A DNA stretch of 64,000 bases from a virus (IMGVR_UViG_3300010163_000010:32001-96000); one strand, 5' to 3'. Counted from the first letter of the stretch, positions 9,341 to 19,614 are shown. A program made the numbers and translations. The notes: generated by a model from the sequence alone, not told the origin.

Positions 9341-10071
9341 GAATACCACATGTGCACCAGCTTGGGCCTGATACTCTTTCTGCGCCTACGTCTGAAATCA
9401 AGGTTGATATCAAACCGGAAGGATACATCGATGATCTCGGACTGTTTGAGGATAAGAAAGAGTACGTCAAGTTCATGATGAGACTCAAACAGATGATTCG
9501 TAACTCGTTTGAGTACACTGAGGCCATCAGCTTTCTCAAGAAGCAGTATGGGATGAACTATTGTGGTATTCATCCGAATCTGAAGATGTGTGATGGATTT
9601 CGAATTGAGCTGCACCACACGCCGCTGGTTTTGGAAGATTACTGCTCGATTATCATAAACAAGCGGATCAAGCGTGGAGAGACGCTGAAGATGTCAGCTA
9701 TCGCCAGTGAGGTAATGGAGGTTCATTATTTGGGTCTTGTTGGGTTGTACCCACTGTGTGAGCTGTGCCATCACTTTGCTCACTCTGCTCCTGGTGATGA
9801 GTTGTTCATTCCTATGGCTAACGTCTATGGGTATCCCGGTGAGTTCATGAACATTTATGGGGACTTTGTTCCGGCTGCCATGAAAACCAAGTGGGAGAAT
9901 GTGCAGGTGTTGAATAAGTCCTACACGATGATCAACAATGAACTTCCTTTAGAATTGCAGAAGCAATACATCTATATTGATGCCACCGAGGACGACGCCA
10001 TTGTTCCTGAGGGTATCAGTACGACAAAACTTGTCAAGTTCATAGATAAGCTGAATAAAAACGAGATATAG
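9337..10071 (+). CDS. HNH-like His/Cys metal-binding protein; paralog of 16524-17159
   Basis: YCGIH...IELHHTP...H...LCELCHHFAH pattern. Confidence 0.6.
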   Translation: MRIPHVHQLGPDTLSAPTSEIKVDIKPEGYIDDLGLFEDKKEYVKFMMRLKQMIRNSFEYTEAISFLKKQYGMNYCGIHPNLKMCDGFRIELHHTPLVLEDYCSIIINKRIKRGETLKMSAIASEVMEVHYLGLVGLYPLCELCHHFAHSAPGDELFIPMANVYGYPGEFMNIYGDFVPAAMKTKWENVQVLNKSYTMINNELPLELQKQYIYIDATEDDAIVPEGISTTKLVKFIDKLNKNEI

Positions 10072-10121
10072 AAATTGGACATGCGTGGTTAAGTACCGAG
10101 CCTGTCCAATTTTCTTTTGTC

Positions 10122-10139
10122 TATATACTATACAAGTGA
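10122..10139 (+). promoter_or_regulatory. Putative early promoter motif
   Basis: TATATACTATAcaagTGA upstream of RNase H. Confidence 0.7.
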
Positions 10140-10168
10140 ATAATGAACGGAGAGGATTGACGATAGAG

Positions 10169-10807
10169 ATGAGTCATAGGGTTGATTATCTACTGTTCAC
10201 TGACGCCTCGTGCCGGCGTGTTGACGATCGGCACTATTGCGCGTATGGAGACGTGATACTCAATACTGCAAATAACGAGTACACGAGCTTCGGAGGCCCG
10301 CTCGGGAATCAGAGCGTGGCGCACTGTGAAGCCTGGGCCATTTGGTCTGGGCTGCTGAAGACCAAGGAGATTATTGAGAGCCGTCCCGATAACAAACTCT
10401 GCAGAGTGCTGCTCATCAGCGATAGTAAGCTCAACGTTCTCGCGCTGAGCAAGTACTTGAGCAGCTGGGACATCAGTGACTGGAAGCATTGGAAGAAACA
10501 CAACTCCGAGGATCAGGTTAAGAATCAGGATCTGTACAGACGTATACTGGAACTGGTGTTCAATTGCGAACGAATGAAACTGAAGGTAACCCATATCAAT
10601 TCTCACCTTAAAGAAGACGACTGGCAGACGATCCAGGCTAAGTTGAGTAAGTTTGGTGTTACCGCAGATGAGAACACGTCGAAATTGTGTCTCAAGATGA
10701 ACGCGCTGGCTGACAGCATCGCTTCTGACATCAGTTGGGATCTCAGGTCTACAGATGATCCGGAAATGTTTATGCAGCTTGTGCCGCGCAGGCCAAGCAG
10801 TAAATAG
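10169..10807 (+). CDS. rnhA: Ribonuclease HI
   Basis: LFTDASC, CEAWAI, ISDSK, VKNQDL, HINSH, NALAD catalytic pattern; start moved to ATG 10169 after GGAGAGGA. Confidence 0.88.
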   Translation: MSHRVDYLLFTDASCRRVDDRHYCAYGDVILNTANNEYTSFGGPLGNQSVAHCEAWAIWSGLLKTKEIIESRPDNKLCRVLLISDSKLNVLALSKYLSSWDISDWKHWKKHNSEDQVKNQDLYRRILELVFNCERMKLKVTHINSHLKEDDWQTIQAKLSKFGVTADENTSKLCLKMNALADSIASDISWDLRSTDDPEMFMQLVPRRPSSK

Positions 10808-10815
10808 TTTCTACG

Positions 10816-10826
10816 CATATACTATA
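10816..10826 (+). promoter_or_regulatory. Putative early promoter motif
   Basis: CATATACTATA upstream of the 10852 gene. Confidence 0.6.
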
Positions 10827-10851
10827 TTTGGGTAAAGGAGGTGGAGTAACA

Positions 10852-11688
10852 ATGGGCAGAAGTTGTGCCGATAGACTCCATCAGATTCAGAAGGATATCG
10901 GTTTAACCGATAAAGAACTGAAAGAGGCCGTAAGAGAAGTGGCTCGGCCTCGGGAAGTGCAGCTTCCCACAATTCATGAAAAGCTTCCTAAAGTTGAAAA
11001 GGAGATGAATGAGTACAGGGTCGGCGGTAAACGCCATAAGAAAGCTGTCGCATACTGGTACTTGGAGGAGTATCTGAAGCCTGAGTATGCGCAGGAAATC
11101 TATGTTGAGCACCCGGACTATAAGGAGCTTGTGGAGTACGCCTACGAACAGGCGATGAATCTGGTACAACTTCAGTCCTTTGAGCTCGAGAAAGACATTG
11201 ATCTGTTCAGTGTCTTTCCGGATTACACTCCGGTAGGAAAATATGATATTCCCGAGGAGCAATGGGAGGAGTTTGATCAGTACTGCGAAAAGCATCCCGT
11301 AAAGAACGTATCTGACGTCTTTAAGCGTCGGAAGAAGTTCAAGAAATGGCGTAACAAGAGGAGCAGGAAGTATTGTACTAAAAAGTACATCGAACGGATG
11401 TATGATCCGTTATTTGCTCTTACTGTTACGGATGAAAAGGAGATATTAGCGAACCTGCAACGGATCAGCAGGGAGAATGAGCAGCGAATAATTGAGTTCC
11501 ACAAATTCTTAGACTCGTTGGTAGCAGACCAGTCAATAGGTTCTTCGGCGATGGCCAAGTTCAACGAGCAAACGAAGGTGATACAACAAAAGCATCGACA
11601 ACGTATCCATGATTTTATGAAAGCCCATGGAATGAGTCCAACCCCATTACGGTTAGATTATGATCCAGGGATTGAACCAGGAGGGTGA
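10852..11688 (+). CDS. Hypothetical charged protein
   Basis: ORF with AAAGGAGGTGGAG RBS before ATG 10852. Confidence 0.8.
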   Translation: MGRSCADRLHQIQKDIGLTDKELKEAVREVARPREVQLPTIHEKLPKVEKEMNEYRVGGKRHKKAVAYWYLEEYLKPEYAQEIYVEHPDYKELVEYAYEQAMNLVQLQSFELEKDIDLFSVFPDYTPVGKYDIPEEQWEEFDQYCEKHPVKNVSDVFKRRKKFKKWRNKRSRKYCTKKYIERMYDPLFALTVTDEKEILANLQRISRENEQRIIEFHKFLDSLVADQSIGSSAMAKFNEQTKVIQQKHRQRIHDFMKAHGMSPTPLRLDYDPGIEPGG

Positions 11689-11703
11689 TAAAGTAGATTC
11701 TGG

Positions 11704-11714
11704 TATATATTATA
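11704..11714 (+). promoter_or_regulatory. Putative early promoter motif
   Basis: TATATATTATA upstream of the kinase-like gene. Confidence 0.6.
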
Positions 11715-11739
11715 TATGGGTACAGGAGGTGAGAGATAG

Positions 11740-13584
11740 TTGGGCAACAAGTCTAGTAAGAAAAACGAGAAACTCTCCAAGAAGCACTTGCTCCCGTATG
11801 AGTTGGAACAGTATCGTGTGATCGGGGAGCCTGACATGACCCAGCACTGGCTGGAGATTTTCACTCCGGCTATCGTGAGTGATCTGTTCACAATTATGAA
11901 TAGCAGCAGTAACAATCAGCAGAAAGCCGAGTATATTAAGGAGGAGTTGGGATACTACGGCTTCATGGAAGTGGGATTGGGCACGAATGTGTACGCAATG
12001 CACAATCCCGCGTATCCCGGTGTGGTGTACAAATTTGCGCTGGATGATAATGGCCTTGCCGATAACTTTAACGATTCGATTCTTCAGGATATGATTGACG
12101 AGTGCATTGGCGGCAAGATCCGGCGTTCAACTCCTGTTCTGGCCAGACATCCTTCTGGAATTGTCTCGGTTCAGGAACGGTGGGTTGTGATCCGAGATCA
12201 GGATCGGATGGATACGTTTCGGGCTAGTATCCTGAAAGCACTTGAGAAGTTAGCCCAAAAGTTTCTCATAGTGGATCTGGCACCATCGGAATATCATCTT
12301 AACTATGGCGTAGACCGGCAGGGGAACTGGAGGTTCCTGGACGCGTCTGATTTGTATCCGCTTTCCAATATCAAAGGCGGTATCAAATGCAAGAAGCCGG
12401 TTGGTTGGGACGATGATGCCAACAAGATGATCCGCTGCGGTGGAAGCTTGAGGTATACGCCCGATTTCAGCAGGATTAAGTGCAGTAAGTGCGGCACAGA
12501 ATCTTTCCCGCTGGAAATAAGACCAAACGATAAGGAGGACAAAGCGAAGATGTCTAATGCTATGATGGACGGCTTGTCGATTGAGACGCGGGAGCAGATG
12601 TACCGCGATGAGATCGATGCGATTAGTCGTCGTTACGGCAGGATCCCGAGACCTGGTCCCGTGATTCAGGTTGACGAAGCTCGGAACAAGCCGCCGCAGG
12701 CCAAGTCCAAGGCCAGGTTTGTCCCGATGGATTCTTCGTCCGCCGGGGTCAGGACTCCTAACGGTTCGACTATGATCCTGGTCGATGACGATGACGTTTC
12801 GGTTCAGCGTCAGTCTCCTAAGAGCCCCAGTCCGGAAGCTCTCAAGAACACTCATACGTCGTTTAAGCGAGGGAATAACTGTTCCGTTATCTATTCTTTC
12901 AACGACGACGATGAGCAGCCTGAAGAGGAACCGGCAGATGACCCTCAGGAAGATGCCGCTGATAGTGGTGCTGTCATTATTGATACCACTGAGCCCGAGC
13001 CGGAAAAGGTGGATCCTCAGGATACCAAGAAGTCTTCTTCGAATGAGGATGAGCCTGAGTGTCTTGTCTCTTTGGAGTACGACAACGATGAGCTCTCGGC
13101 GATCAAGCTGAAGATAACCGGTGACATTGAGTCAGCTTTGTACAACGGGCTGGCTCCGATTTGCGTGTCGTTCGGCAAAGGCTCTAGTGTCTACACGGCT
13201 ATCAGCACTAAGGTTCTCATTGATATTCTCACTCCCATTTGCAAGGAACTTCGCGATGAGGAGATTGAGATATTGGGAGGCGCTGAAGATTCTGATGACG
13301 ATGAGACCGACGGCGAGGAAGATGACGACGATAGCGGCCCGTTCTATGAGTCTATGCGGGTTATCCGACAACTCCATGATGCTTTGGAAGATGACGATGC
13401 CGGTGAAGTTGAGCGGCTACTGCCTCGTCTCAGAGATGCGTTTAAGAATGACGATTTGATGTACGAAGGTGAACGTCTCTATGACACGCTTTCGGATCAT
13501 CAGTATCCGTTCTATACGTGGATCGATCGCAGGTACCTCAAATATATGAGGAATTTCGATCCGGATCTGAATATCATCGAGTGA
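11740..13584 (+). CDS. Protein-kinase-like protein with zinc ribbon and acidic C-terminal region
   Basis: Gly loop VGLGTN, VVYKFA lysine, VSVQE hinge, VDL..HLNYG catalytic loop, FLDA; then CKK..RCGG..KCSKCG. Confidence 0.65.
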   Translation: MGNKSSKKNEKLSKKHLLPYELEQYRVIGEPDMTQHWLEIFTPAIVSDLFTIMNSSSNNQQKAEYIKEELGYYGFMEVGLGTNVYAMHNPAYPGVVYKFALDDNGLADNFNDSILQDMIDECIGGKIRRSTPVLARHPSGIVSVQERWVVIRDQDRMDTFRASILKALEKLAQKFLIVDLAPSEYHLNYGVDRQGNWRFLDASDLYPLSNIKGGIKCKKPVGWDDDANKMIRCGGSLRYTPDFSRIKCSKCGTESFPLEIRPNDKEDKAKMSNAMMDGLSIETREQMYRDEIDAISRRYGRIPRPGPVIQVDEARNKPPQAKSKARFVPMDSSSAGVRTPNGSTMILVDDDDVSVQRQSPKSPSPEALKNTHTSFKRGNNCSVIYSFNDDDEQPEEEPADDPQEDAADSGAVIIDTTEPEPEKVDPQDTKKSSSNEDEPECLVSLEYDNDELSAIKLKITGDIESALYNGLAPICVSFGKGSSVYTAISTKVLIDILTPICKELRDEEIEILGGAEDSDDDETDGEEDDDDSGPFYESMRVIRQLHDALEDDDAGEVERLLPRLRDAFKNDDLMYEGERLYDTLSDHQYPFYTWIDRRYLKYMRNFDPDLNIIE

Positions 13585-13703
13585 ACCCGCTGGGATGATC
13601 TATAGTTCCAGTGGTTCATTATAAATTGACTGCTTGTGGAATATCCTTATAAGTCCATAGCAGTCAGTAAGTATCAACCCCGTGTATAAAAGGAGGAACA
13701 TTT

Positions 13704-14798
13704 ATGGCTATGGTAATCATTGGCTCTGAGAGCCTCATTCGTGATGAGGTTTTCACTAACTACCGGCAGGTGGCCGCCTTCAACCTGGGCAAGGGGAAGG
13801 GCTCGGCCGTCAATTCCGTCGGTCGTGAGATCGAGTACGAGAAGCTGGGCTTCCTGCCCAATGAGGACACGATCAACGGCATCAAGTCCGGTGACATCAA
13901 GCTCAAGAAGGTCATCAAGAAGGCCGTCAAGGTCCTGCACAAGCCGTCCATGGACAGCGAGTCCGCGACCCTGGGCTTGGGTGTTACGCAGCTGATCACC
14001 TTGATCACCTCTGACCGTAAGGCCAAGAAGGGGATTCCGGTGGTCGCTTTCATCACTGATCAGGATGACCCCGAGCGGAACAAGATCCTGGTCAAGTTCA
14101 TCAAGGCGATCCTGGGCGAGTTCGGCATCAAGACTTTGGATAAGGCTAAGGTAATTAAGAAGATCTTCAAGAAGCGCAAGAAGGCGCGTGATCGTGTGGC
14201 CAGCTACTGCAGCAAGAACAAGAACGGCTGCAACCTCTCTCAGAAGGGGGTTGAGCTCAAGAAGCTCAACTTTGTCTACTTTGAGATGGAGCTGCGCCAG
14301 AGCGGCATGGTCGACGTGGACCTGGCTGACCTGGCCGATCGGGATGTGGTCAACGCCTGCGTGCGGACGCTGCTGAGGGTGTATACCGCCGAGAACCTGA
14401 AGGATGCTTCCAGCAAGAGCATGGCCAAGAAGCTGGCCAAGAAGGATCGCCGGTCTGTTCGGGCCTACAATGATCTGCGGGAGATTCTCCTGACCGTCAA
14501 CGCCAACCTGAAGCTGCCTAAGGTCAAGTATGGGCAGAAGAAGAAGAACGGCCGCGCGGTGAAGCCCAAGCTGAACTGCAAGAAGTTCAAGAAGTTCTTC
14601 ATGAAGAAGGACAACCGCGCCCTGCTGGTGCTGATCTACTGGCACACCCTGGCCATTCTGGTCGGTGTCGAGGCTGGCTCTAAGGAGTACAACGCCCACA
14701 TGAAGCTGCTGTCCTCTCTGTTCAAGCCGGAGTTCATCAAGCAGTATCTGACGTCGACGGCTGCGTACGTCAAGGGTGAGTCTCTCGCCACGAAGTAA
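13704..14798 (+). CDS. Very basic, strongly codon-biased hypothetical protein
   Basis: 364 aa, Lys-rich, AAAGGAGG RBS, G/C-ending codons producing a long antisense shadow ORF. Confidence 0.85.
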   Translation: MAMVIIGSESLIRDEVFTNYRQVAAFNLGKGKGSAVNSVGREIEYEKLGFLPNEDTINGIKSGDIKLKKVIKKAVKVLHKPSMDSESATLGLGVTQLITLITSDRKAKKGIPVVAFITDQDDPERNKILVKFIKAILGEFGIKTLDKAKVIKKIFKKRKKARDRVASYCSKNKNGCNLSQKGVELKKLNFVYFEMELRQSGMVDVDLADLADRDVVNACVRTLLRVYTAENLKDASSKSMAKKLAKKDRRSVRAYNDLREILLTVNANLKLPKVKYGQKKKNGRAVKPKLNCKKFKKFFMKKDNRALLVLIYWHTLAILVGVEAGSKEYNAHMKLLSSLFKPEFIKQYLTSTAAYVKGESLATK

Positions 14799-14810
14799 GT
14801 GACCGATGAG

Positions 14811-14845
14811 GTCGGGTCCAGGAGATTCTTGGGCCCGATCTTTTT
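14811..14845 (+). terminator. Intrinsic terminator
   Basis: GTCGGGTCCAGGA/TCTTGGGCCCGAT stem followed by T run. Confidence 0.7.
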
Positions 14846-14860
14846 ATCGCTGGAGGTGTT

Positions 14861-15154
14861 TTGATGCCTAAGGTTAAAGCCTTGTATGAGTGCCGGCAGT
14901 GTGGTGCTCATTTTATGTCTGATGAAAAGTATGACGTCAGAAATCTGGAGACTTATAAGGATCTGCAGTTTTTCGATCAGCTCAACGCGTTAGGGGAGCA
15001 AGTGCGGACTGAGACTGCTCCCGTGTCTTGGGCGAAGCATCTGTGGGTGCCGTTGAAGATTGTGCATAAGTGCAATGAGAGTGTTCACGGTGTATGCGAT
15101 CTGATTGGGCTTTTGGAGCTCCCTGATGACTCCGGAGATAACGACAGATCGTGA
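14861..15154 (+). CDS. Small zinc-finger protein
   Basis: CRQC ... HKC ... VC; GGAGGTG RBS. Confidence 0.7.
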   Translation: MMPKVKALYECRQCGAHFMSDEKYDVRNLETYKDLQFFDQLNALGEQVRTETAPVSWAKHLWVPLKIVHKCNESVHGVCDLIGLLELPDDSGDNDRS

Positions 15155-15962
15155 TCGCCAGGGGTTCTATTCCCTGAAGCGTAAGTACAGCGAACTGTAC
15201 AAACGTGTGAACTATATCCAGAGGGACATCGATCTCATCCAAAACAAGATTACCGAGTATGATATCCGCTCGGCCAACACGTCAATTTTGGAACAGAATC
15301 ACAAGCTCAAAAAAGCTACGTTGGAGGCGATCAACAGTCTCCCTGGAAAAGACCGTAAGGTTATTATAGGAAAAATGATCAAGAACGACCCCTCTCTGCA
15401 AAAGGTTATAGTCAGAGGTGTTATACGTGCAAAGAGGGATCTGTTCTCGGCAAATCTCATTCAAGATGCTGATGTATTAAGCATTAAGAATGATGCTGTA
15501 TTCATTATAGGGCGAAAGCTCAGGTATACATCGTTTGGTGCTATAGAGTTTAGGCCGAAACATGTGTATTCGCTCTACATGAACATAGATGGAACAGAGT
15601 TCTACTATGATAAGACTGAGCAAAGAGTCTCTGTTAAAGGTATCCGGGATGAGATAGTCGAACATCCCGATCATCAAGCAGGGATGATGCAGTTCTTTGT
15701 GACTGTAATGAAGCATTTAATGTTGGACCGGCGAGATGCTCTCAGAAAGTATCTGATTGAGTTCTCATCGGCCTATAAGGAAAAGAAACTTCCGCCGTGT
15801 TACTACCGGGAACTCAGCAGTGACAACTTCTATCGAACAAAAATGGCCTTGGGCGACTACACGTTTGCTCTTGATTATGCCAGTGAAGATGAACTTGAAT
15901 TGATTGATGGTGTATATAACTATAAAAGGTTTGTACTCCCGTTAATTCAAAAGTATATCTGA
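15126..15962 (+). CDS. Divergent family-B DNA polymerase palm-like subunit (split-polymerase piece)
   Basis: Motif A-like EYDIRSANTS and motif C-like SIKNDAVF in a 278-aa protein; inference from motifs only. Confidence 0.5.
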   Translation: MTPEITTDRDRQGFYSLKRKYSELYKRVNYIQRDIDLIQNKITEYDIRSANTSILEQNHKLKKATLEAINSLPGKDRKVIIGKMIKNDPSLQKVIVRGVIRAKRDLFSANLIQDADVLSIKNDAVFIIGRKLRYTSFGAIEFRPKHVYSLYMNIDGTEFYYDKTEQRVSVKGIRDEIVEHPDHQAGMMQFFVTVMKHLMLDRRDALRKYLIEFSSAYKEKKLPPCYYRELSSDNFYRTKMALGDYTFALDYASEDELELIDGVYNYKRFVLPLIQKYI

Positions 15963-15976
15963 TCGGAGGAGTTGTC

Positions 15977-16486
15977 ATGATAATGAACATTCCCGTGCTG
16001 ATAACACTGTATGTTTTGGCAGCACTGTTGCTGGCTTTCGCCGGAACGGTAACTGTCTATGCGATTAAATTTCTACGGGCTGCCCGCGAAAATAAGAAGA
16101 AGACTGAGCTTGTTGTCAAGCTTACAGAGGAGAGAGTGCGGAAGGAATATAACCGCATCGCATTGCTTGACTACGACAAGCTCAACCGGGTTCTGTCTGT
16201 GATGTTCTCCCGGTACCTGATTCTCTCCTCTGACGCCAATGTCAGTGAAAAAGATCCTAATGCCTACCAGCAGCTGTATGCGTCAGCGCTGGCGAAAATG
16301 ATTGAATATCTCGGCCCGGAAACTATGAAGGCATTGGACTACCATTATGGTGATAATTATGTGATACGATGGGCCGAGTCCGCGTTCCGATCATTGGAAT
16401 TCGACGGAGTAGTGAGCAACATTGTTCATCTGCAAGGTAAGGTGAGTTGTAAGGATGTTGCGCAACGTTTGGCTACGTGGCAATAG
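15977..16486 (+). CDS. Membrane-anchored hypothetical protein
   Basis: N-terminal hydrophobic helix followed by a basic stretch; GGGAGA RBS. Confidence 0.75.
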   Translation: MIMNIPVLITLYVLAALLLAFAGTVTVYAIKFLRAARENKKKTELVVKLTEERVRKEYNRIALLDYDKLNRVLSVMFSRYLILSSDANVSEKDPNAYQQLYASALAKMIEYLGPETMKALDYHYGDNYVIRWAESAFRSLEFDGVVSNIVHLQGKVSCKDVAQRLATWQ

Positions 16487-16490
16487 AATT

Positions 16491-16524
16491 GGTGCTCGGG
16501 GAAACCCGAGCACCGTTCTTTTTC
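16491..16524. terminator. Terminator between convergent genes
   Basis: GGTGCTCGGG GAAA CCCGAGCACC followed by T run. Confidence 0.8.
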
Positions 16525-17159
16525 TATTTGAAACTGGCAAGTTTATCGGCTACATCAAACAGACCTTGATCCAGAGTTTGACCTTCAGCTCGCCGGCATT
16601 CATTGCAGTACCGGCGAATATATCCACGATGTTCAGGTTCCAATCCATCTTCCCATTTATCTATGAAGCGATCTAACCGGCCAAAGGTTGCCTTAACATC
16701 CAGGAAGATTCCTTTGTTTGACTTTTTGTTGTGAGCTCCTCCCATGTGTATGGGTTTAGAGAGCATAACGATCATGATGTTGTTTTCCTCATGCTCTGTG
16801 AGTACCTGGTCGCCAATGGAGAATGTTGTAACCTTTTCGTTTCCCCTTCTGAGATTAGCCTTGAGCACAATATCGCAGATGTCGAACAGGTTAAAGATAG
16901 GACCATGGTGCATTTCTATTTTGAGCCTGGGTTCATCGGTGGGGAGTCGTCCCATGATAGCACAACGGTTCAATCCGCCTGCTTTCAGTTTAGCTATGTA
17001 GTCGCTATACCTGTCGTCAGACCGTACAACCCATTCGCAGCCTTTGACATATTTTACATACCGGTCATAGTCTTCCAGCAGGTCATCGGGCTCAGCTTCG
17101 AACGATACATAGTTATCAGAGAACTCGCCAGATCCATATATGCGTGTAGCTCCAAACAT
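16524..17159 (-). CDS. HNH-like protein; paralog of 9337-10071
   Basis: RCAIMG...IEMHHGP...EH...MLSKPIH..AH aligns by eye with the 9337 ORF. Confidence 0.6.
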   Translation of the reverse strand: MFGATRIYGSGEFSDNYVSFEAEPDDLLEDYDRYVKYVKGCEWVVRSDDRYSDYIAKLKAGGLNRCAIMGRLPTDEPRLKIEMHHGPIFNLFDICDIVLKANLRRGNEKVTTFSIGDQVLTEHEENNIMIVMLSKPIHMGGAHNKKSNKGIFLDVKATFGRLDRFIDKWEDGLEPEHRGYIRRYCNECRRAEGQTLDQGLFDVADKLASFK

Positions 17160-17327
17160 ATCAGCCTATTCCTTTCATATACAGTGTAACAGATTTATAA
17201 GGATGTCGTACGCGTTTTTAAAGGTAGGCATCCACTCGTGTATATCTGGTTGTAGTATGGACACACCCACATTCGTTTCACTGGACTTTTGCTTGTTCGA
17301 CACACTCCTTTGTTGGTGCCAAATCTT

Positions 17328-17360
17328 CTGCCGCTGGGAATTCCCAGCGGCAGCTTTTTT
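17328..17360 (+). terminator. Intrinsic terminator-like hairpin
   Basis: CTGCCGCTGGGAA/TTCCCAGCGGCAG followed by T6. Confidence 0.65.
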
Positions 17361-17381
17361 AGTTATCAAAGGTAAACCCGG

Positions 17382-17393
17382 AACAACACTATA
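17382..17393 (+). promoter_or_regulatory. Putative late-type promoter AACA-N6-TA
   Basis: AACAACACTATA upstream of the structural/RNAP beta' operon. Confidence 0.6.
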
Positions 17394-17436
17394 GATTCAA
17401 GTAGTCTATATTATTAAGAAAGGAGGGCGTTGTGAC

Positions 17437-19614
17437 TTGACCTATGACTTTCTTAAGACCTTATACACCGATATCGTTCAAATGATTAAGGGAATGGTCG
17501 TAAAGCGAGCAGACCTTGCTCGTGAAAATGATACCATTGATACGATACGAGCGTTCGAAACGTACTTATCATGCGTGAATGGGACTCGGTATTTTCATAC
17601 ATTCAAGCCGTATGATATTCGAGTTCTCAAAAAGTATTATCCGGAAGATTTCGCGAATCGATGCTATGCCAATCCAGAAGCTATTCCTGTAGATGATCGA
17701 AATATGATCGTTAAGGATCAGGCTCAGCTTATTCTGGATACGTATGAAGAGAAGAATGAGTATTATCGGATACTCATGGGATTGCCCAGGCTTGATGATC
17801 ATCGATGGATCTACATAACCGACCAGCCGGATATCCGCAAAGATGTTCCGATTCATAAGTTGTCGATAGAGGAGATTTCACGCTTGGAGGTTCGGGGTAT
17901 TCTCCCCAAACTCCGCAGAAATAATCCTACAAAGCAATATCTCGATTATCTGGGTATTAATGCCATTGATCACCTTGATGCGCGGTTAGCTAAGCCATTT
18001 GAGATTCTTCGGTTGGGAATATGCTCCAATCCTCGTACTGAGGAGATGTTCCGGGAGCAATATTACAGAGCTAGATCTTATATAATGGCTACGATCTATC
18101 ATCGGGAAGAGTTTACCACTAAGACTCTTTATGATCCGGTTATTGGCATGCTAATGGTAACATTGGCGGCTGCCAATACGCTTGTGCCCAGCGAGAAAGA
18201 TTACCTTAACTTCGAAGAGATGCTCAATGCCATACTGGAATCTTATGGATTCCTCAGGTACTTTGAAAAGTTTCCGTTTACGTATAAACGGAGACTGGTC
18301 ATTGCTCTTGATCAACTTCTCAAGGTTAAAGGTACCGATGGGGTTCTAGTCGACGTATGCAGATTGTTTTCTCCTGATAATGATCTGATAGCTAACCGAT
18401 ACTATCTCATGAAGACACAAACCAAAGATCTTGATGGTAACGTAATCTTCAGCGGTAATCCTAATACGGATTATACCCTTCAGTTTGTCAAGTCTTCTAT
18501 TATTGAGCATGATATCAGCATGCAGGAAGAAGACCGGCTATCATATGAATCTGTAACAGATAATGATTACCTGTGGCAGCTTACACCAGACGAGAAGGAG
18601 AATCTTCTCACTAAAGACTTTAACCTGATGTTTACAAAATACGTTGGGGTTGATGCTGCGTATGACATTACGTCTTTAGTGTTTGAGGTATGCTGCTTTA
18701 TCAATCTGCTGATGTATGCCAGGGACAACCTGGCAAAAGTCACTATTCCCAATGTATATGCTACAGAAGGAAAGTGTTCTTTGTTCACGATGTTGAACTT
18801 TTTGCTTGCGGCAATGTCTCTGCGAGCGGGATTCGATGGGAATATTATCTATGAACCAGAGTCAATCGCCGAGATATGGCGATTCAACTATGGAGACATT
18901 CATGATAAACTTCAGGAAATTGTTGACAAGTATGAACTTCGTATTGATGTAGACAGGACATTGGTTGAAGGTTTCGATATTGAGCTTGCCGGACCTGCCG
19001 GCAACAATAATGCTACCGATATGATTAACATTTACGTCAAGAATCGTGAGCTATTTGACGCTATCTTAGACGAAATGAATTCAACTAATGATATTGGACA
19101 TTATATCGCTCTATCTAACACTAAAGATATGCTATTCACGTCATGTATAGAACGAAAGACATTTGTTAAGACAGATGGAACAATAGCTGCTACGTATCGT
19201 GATATGCTTAGCGATCTTGATCTGCGGTTGGTGAGCAAACTTGACAGTGTAGCCGATGACGAAGATAAACAGAATGCTCTCATTGTGTATATTCTGGAGC
19301 GTCTTGAGGAGATGTTTAATTCTCCGGAACTGCATTATCTGTTTTTGAATACTCCAACAGTTTACTCTACTCTCATTGGTAAGTATATTCGTATTGCGAT
19401 CAACGTATTCAAGTCTGCACCGACACAGCTTCGATCCGTCAATGTATTCTTCAATATCGGCGAACGTACCCCTGTGCGGGTTATCGATGAAGAAGAGGGC
19501 GAAGTTGTTCATAATGTAGACGATTGGATACATGTACAGGATGAACTCACGATTCATCGAGAGGTATTTCTCGATGAAGTAGTATGTGTAGGCAATAAGG
19601 TTTACGAAGAATAA
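17437..19614 (+). CDS. Probable virion structural (baseplate wedge-like) protein
   Basis: 725 aa; LLKVKGT..V..VC.LF resembles the KGT motif of baseplate/tail proteins; late-type promoter upstream. Confidence 0.5.
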   Translation: MTYDFLKTLYTDIVQMIKGMVVKRADLARENDTIDTIRAFETYLSCVNGTRYFHTFKPYDIRVLKKYYPEDFANRCYANPEAIPVDDRNMIVKDQAQLILDTYEEKNEYYRILMGLPRLDDHRWIYITDQPDIRKDVPIHKLSIEEISRLEVRGILPKLRRNNPTKQYLDYLGINAIDHLDARLAKPFEILRLGICSNPRTEEMFREQYYRARSYIMATIYHREEFTTKTLYDPVIGMLMVTLAAANTLVPSEKDYLNFEEMLNAILESYGFLRYFEKFPFTYKRRLVIALDQLLKVKGTDGVLVDVCRLFSPDNDLIANRYYLMKTQTKDLDGNVIFSGNPNTDYTLQFVKSSIIEHDISMQEEDRLSYESVTDNDYLWQLTPDEKENLLTKDFNLMFTKYVGVDAAYDITSLVFEVCCFINLLMYARDNLAKVTIPNVYATEGKCSLFTMLNFLLAAMSLRAGFDGNIIYEPESIAEIWRFNYGDIHDKLQEIVDKYELRIDVDRTLVEGFDIELAGPAGNNNATDMINIYVKNRELFDAILDEMNSTNDIGHYIALSNTKDMLFTSCIERKTFVKTDGTIAATYRDMLSDLDLRLVSKLDSVADDEDKQNALIVYILERLEEMFNSPELHYLFLNTPTVYSTLIGKYIRIAINVFKSAPTQLRSVNVFFNIGERTPVRVIDEEEGEVVHNVDDWIHVQDELTIHREVFLDEVVCVGNKVYEE

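Noticed and set aside
17227-17336. Possible degenerate cassette (GGCATCCAC...TGCCGCTG)
   Set aside because: Several mismatches at both ends, the 110-bp span is not a multiple of 3, and the right part belongs to a terminator.
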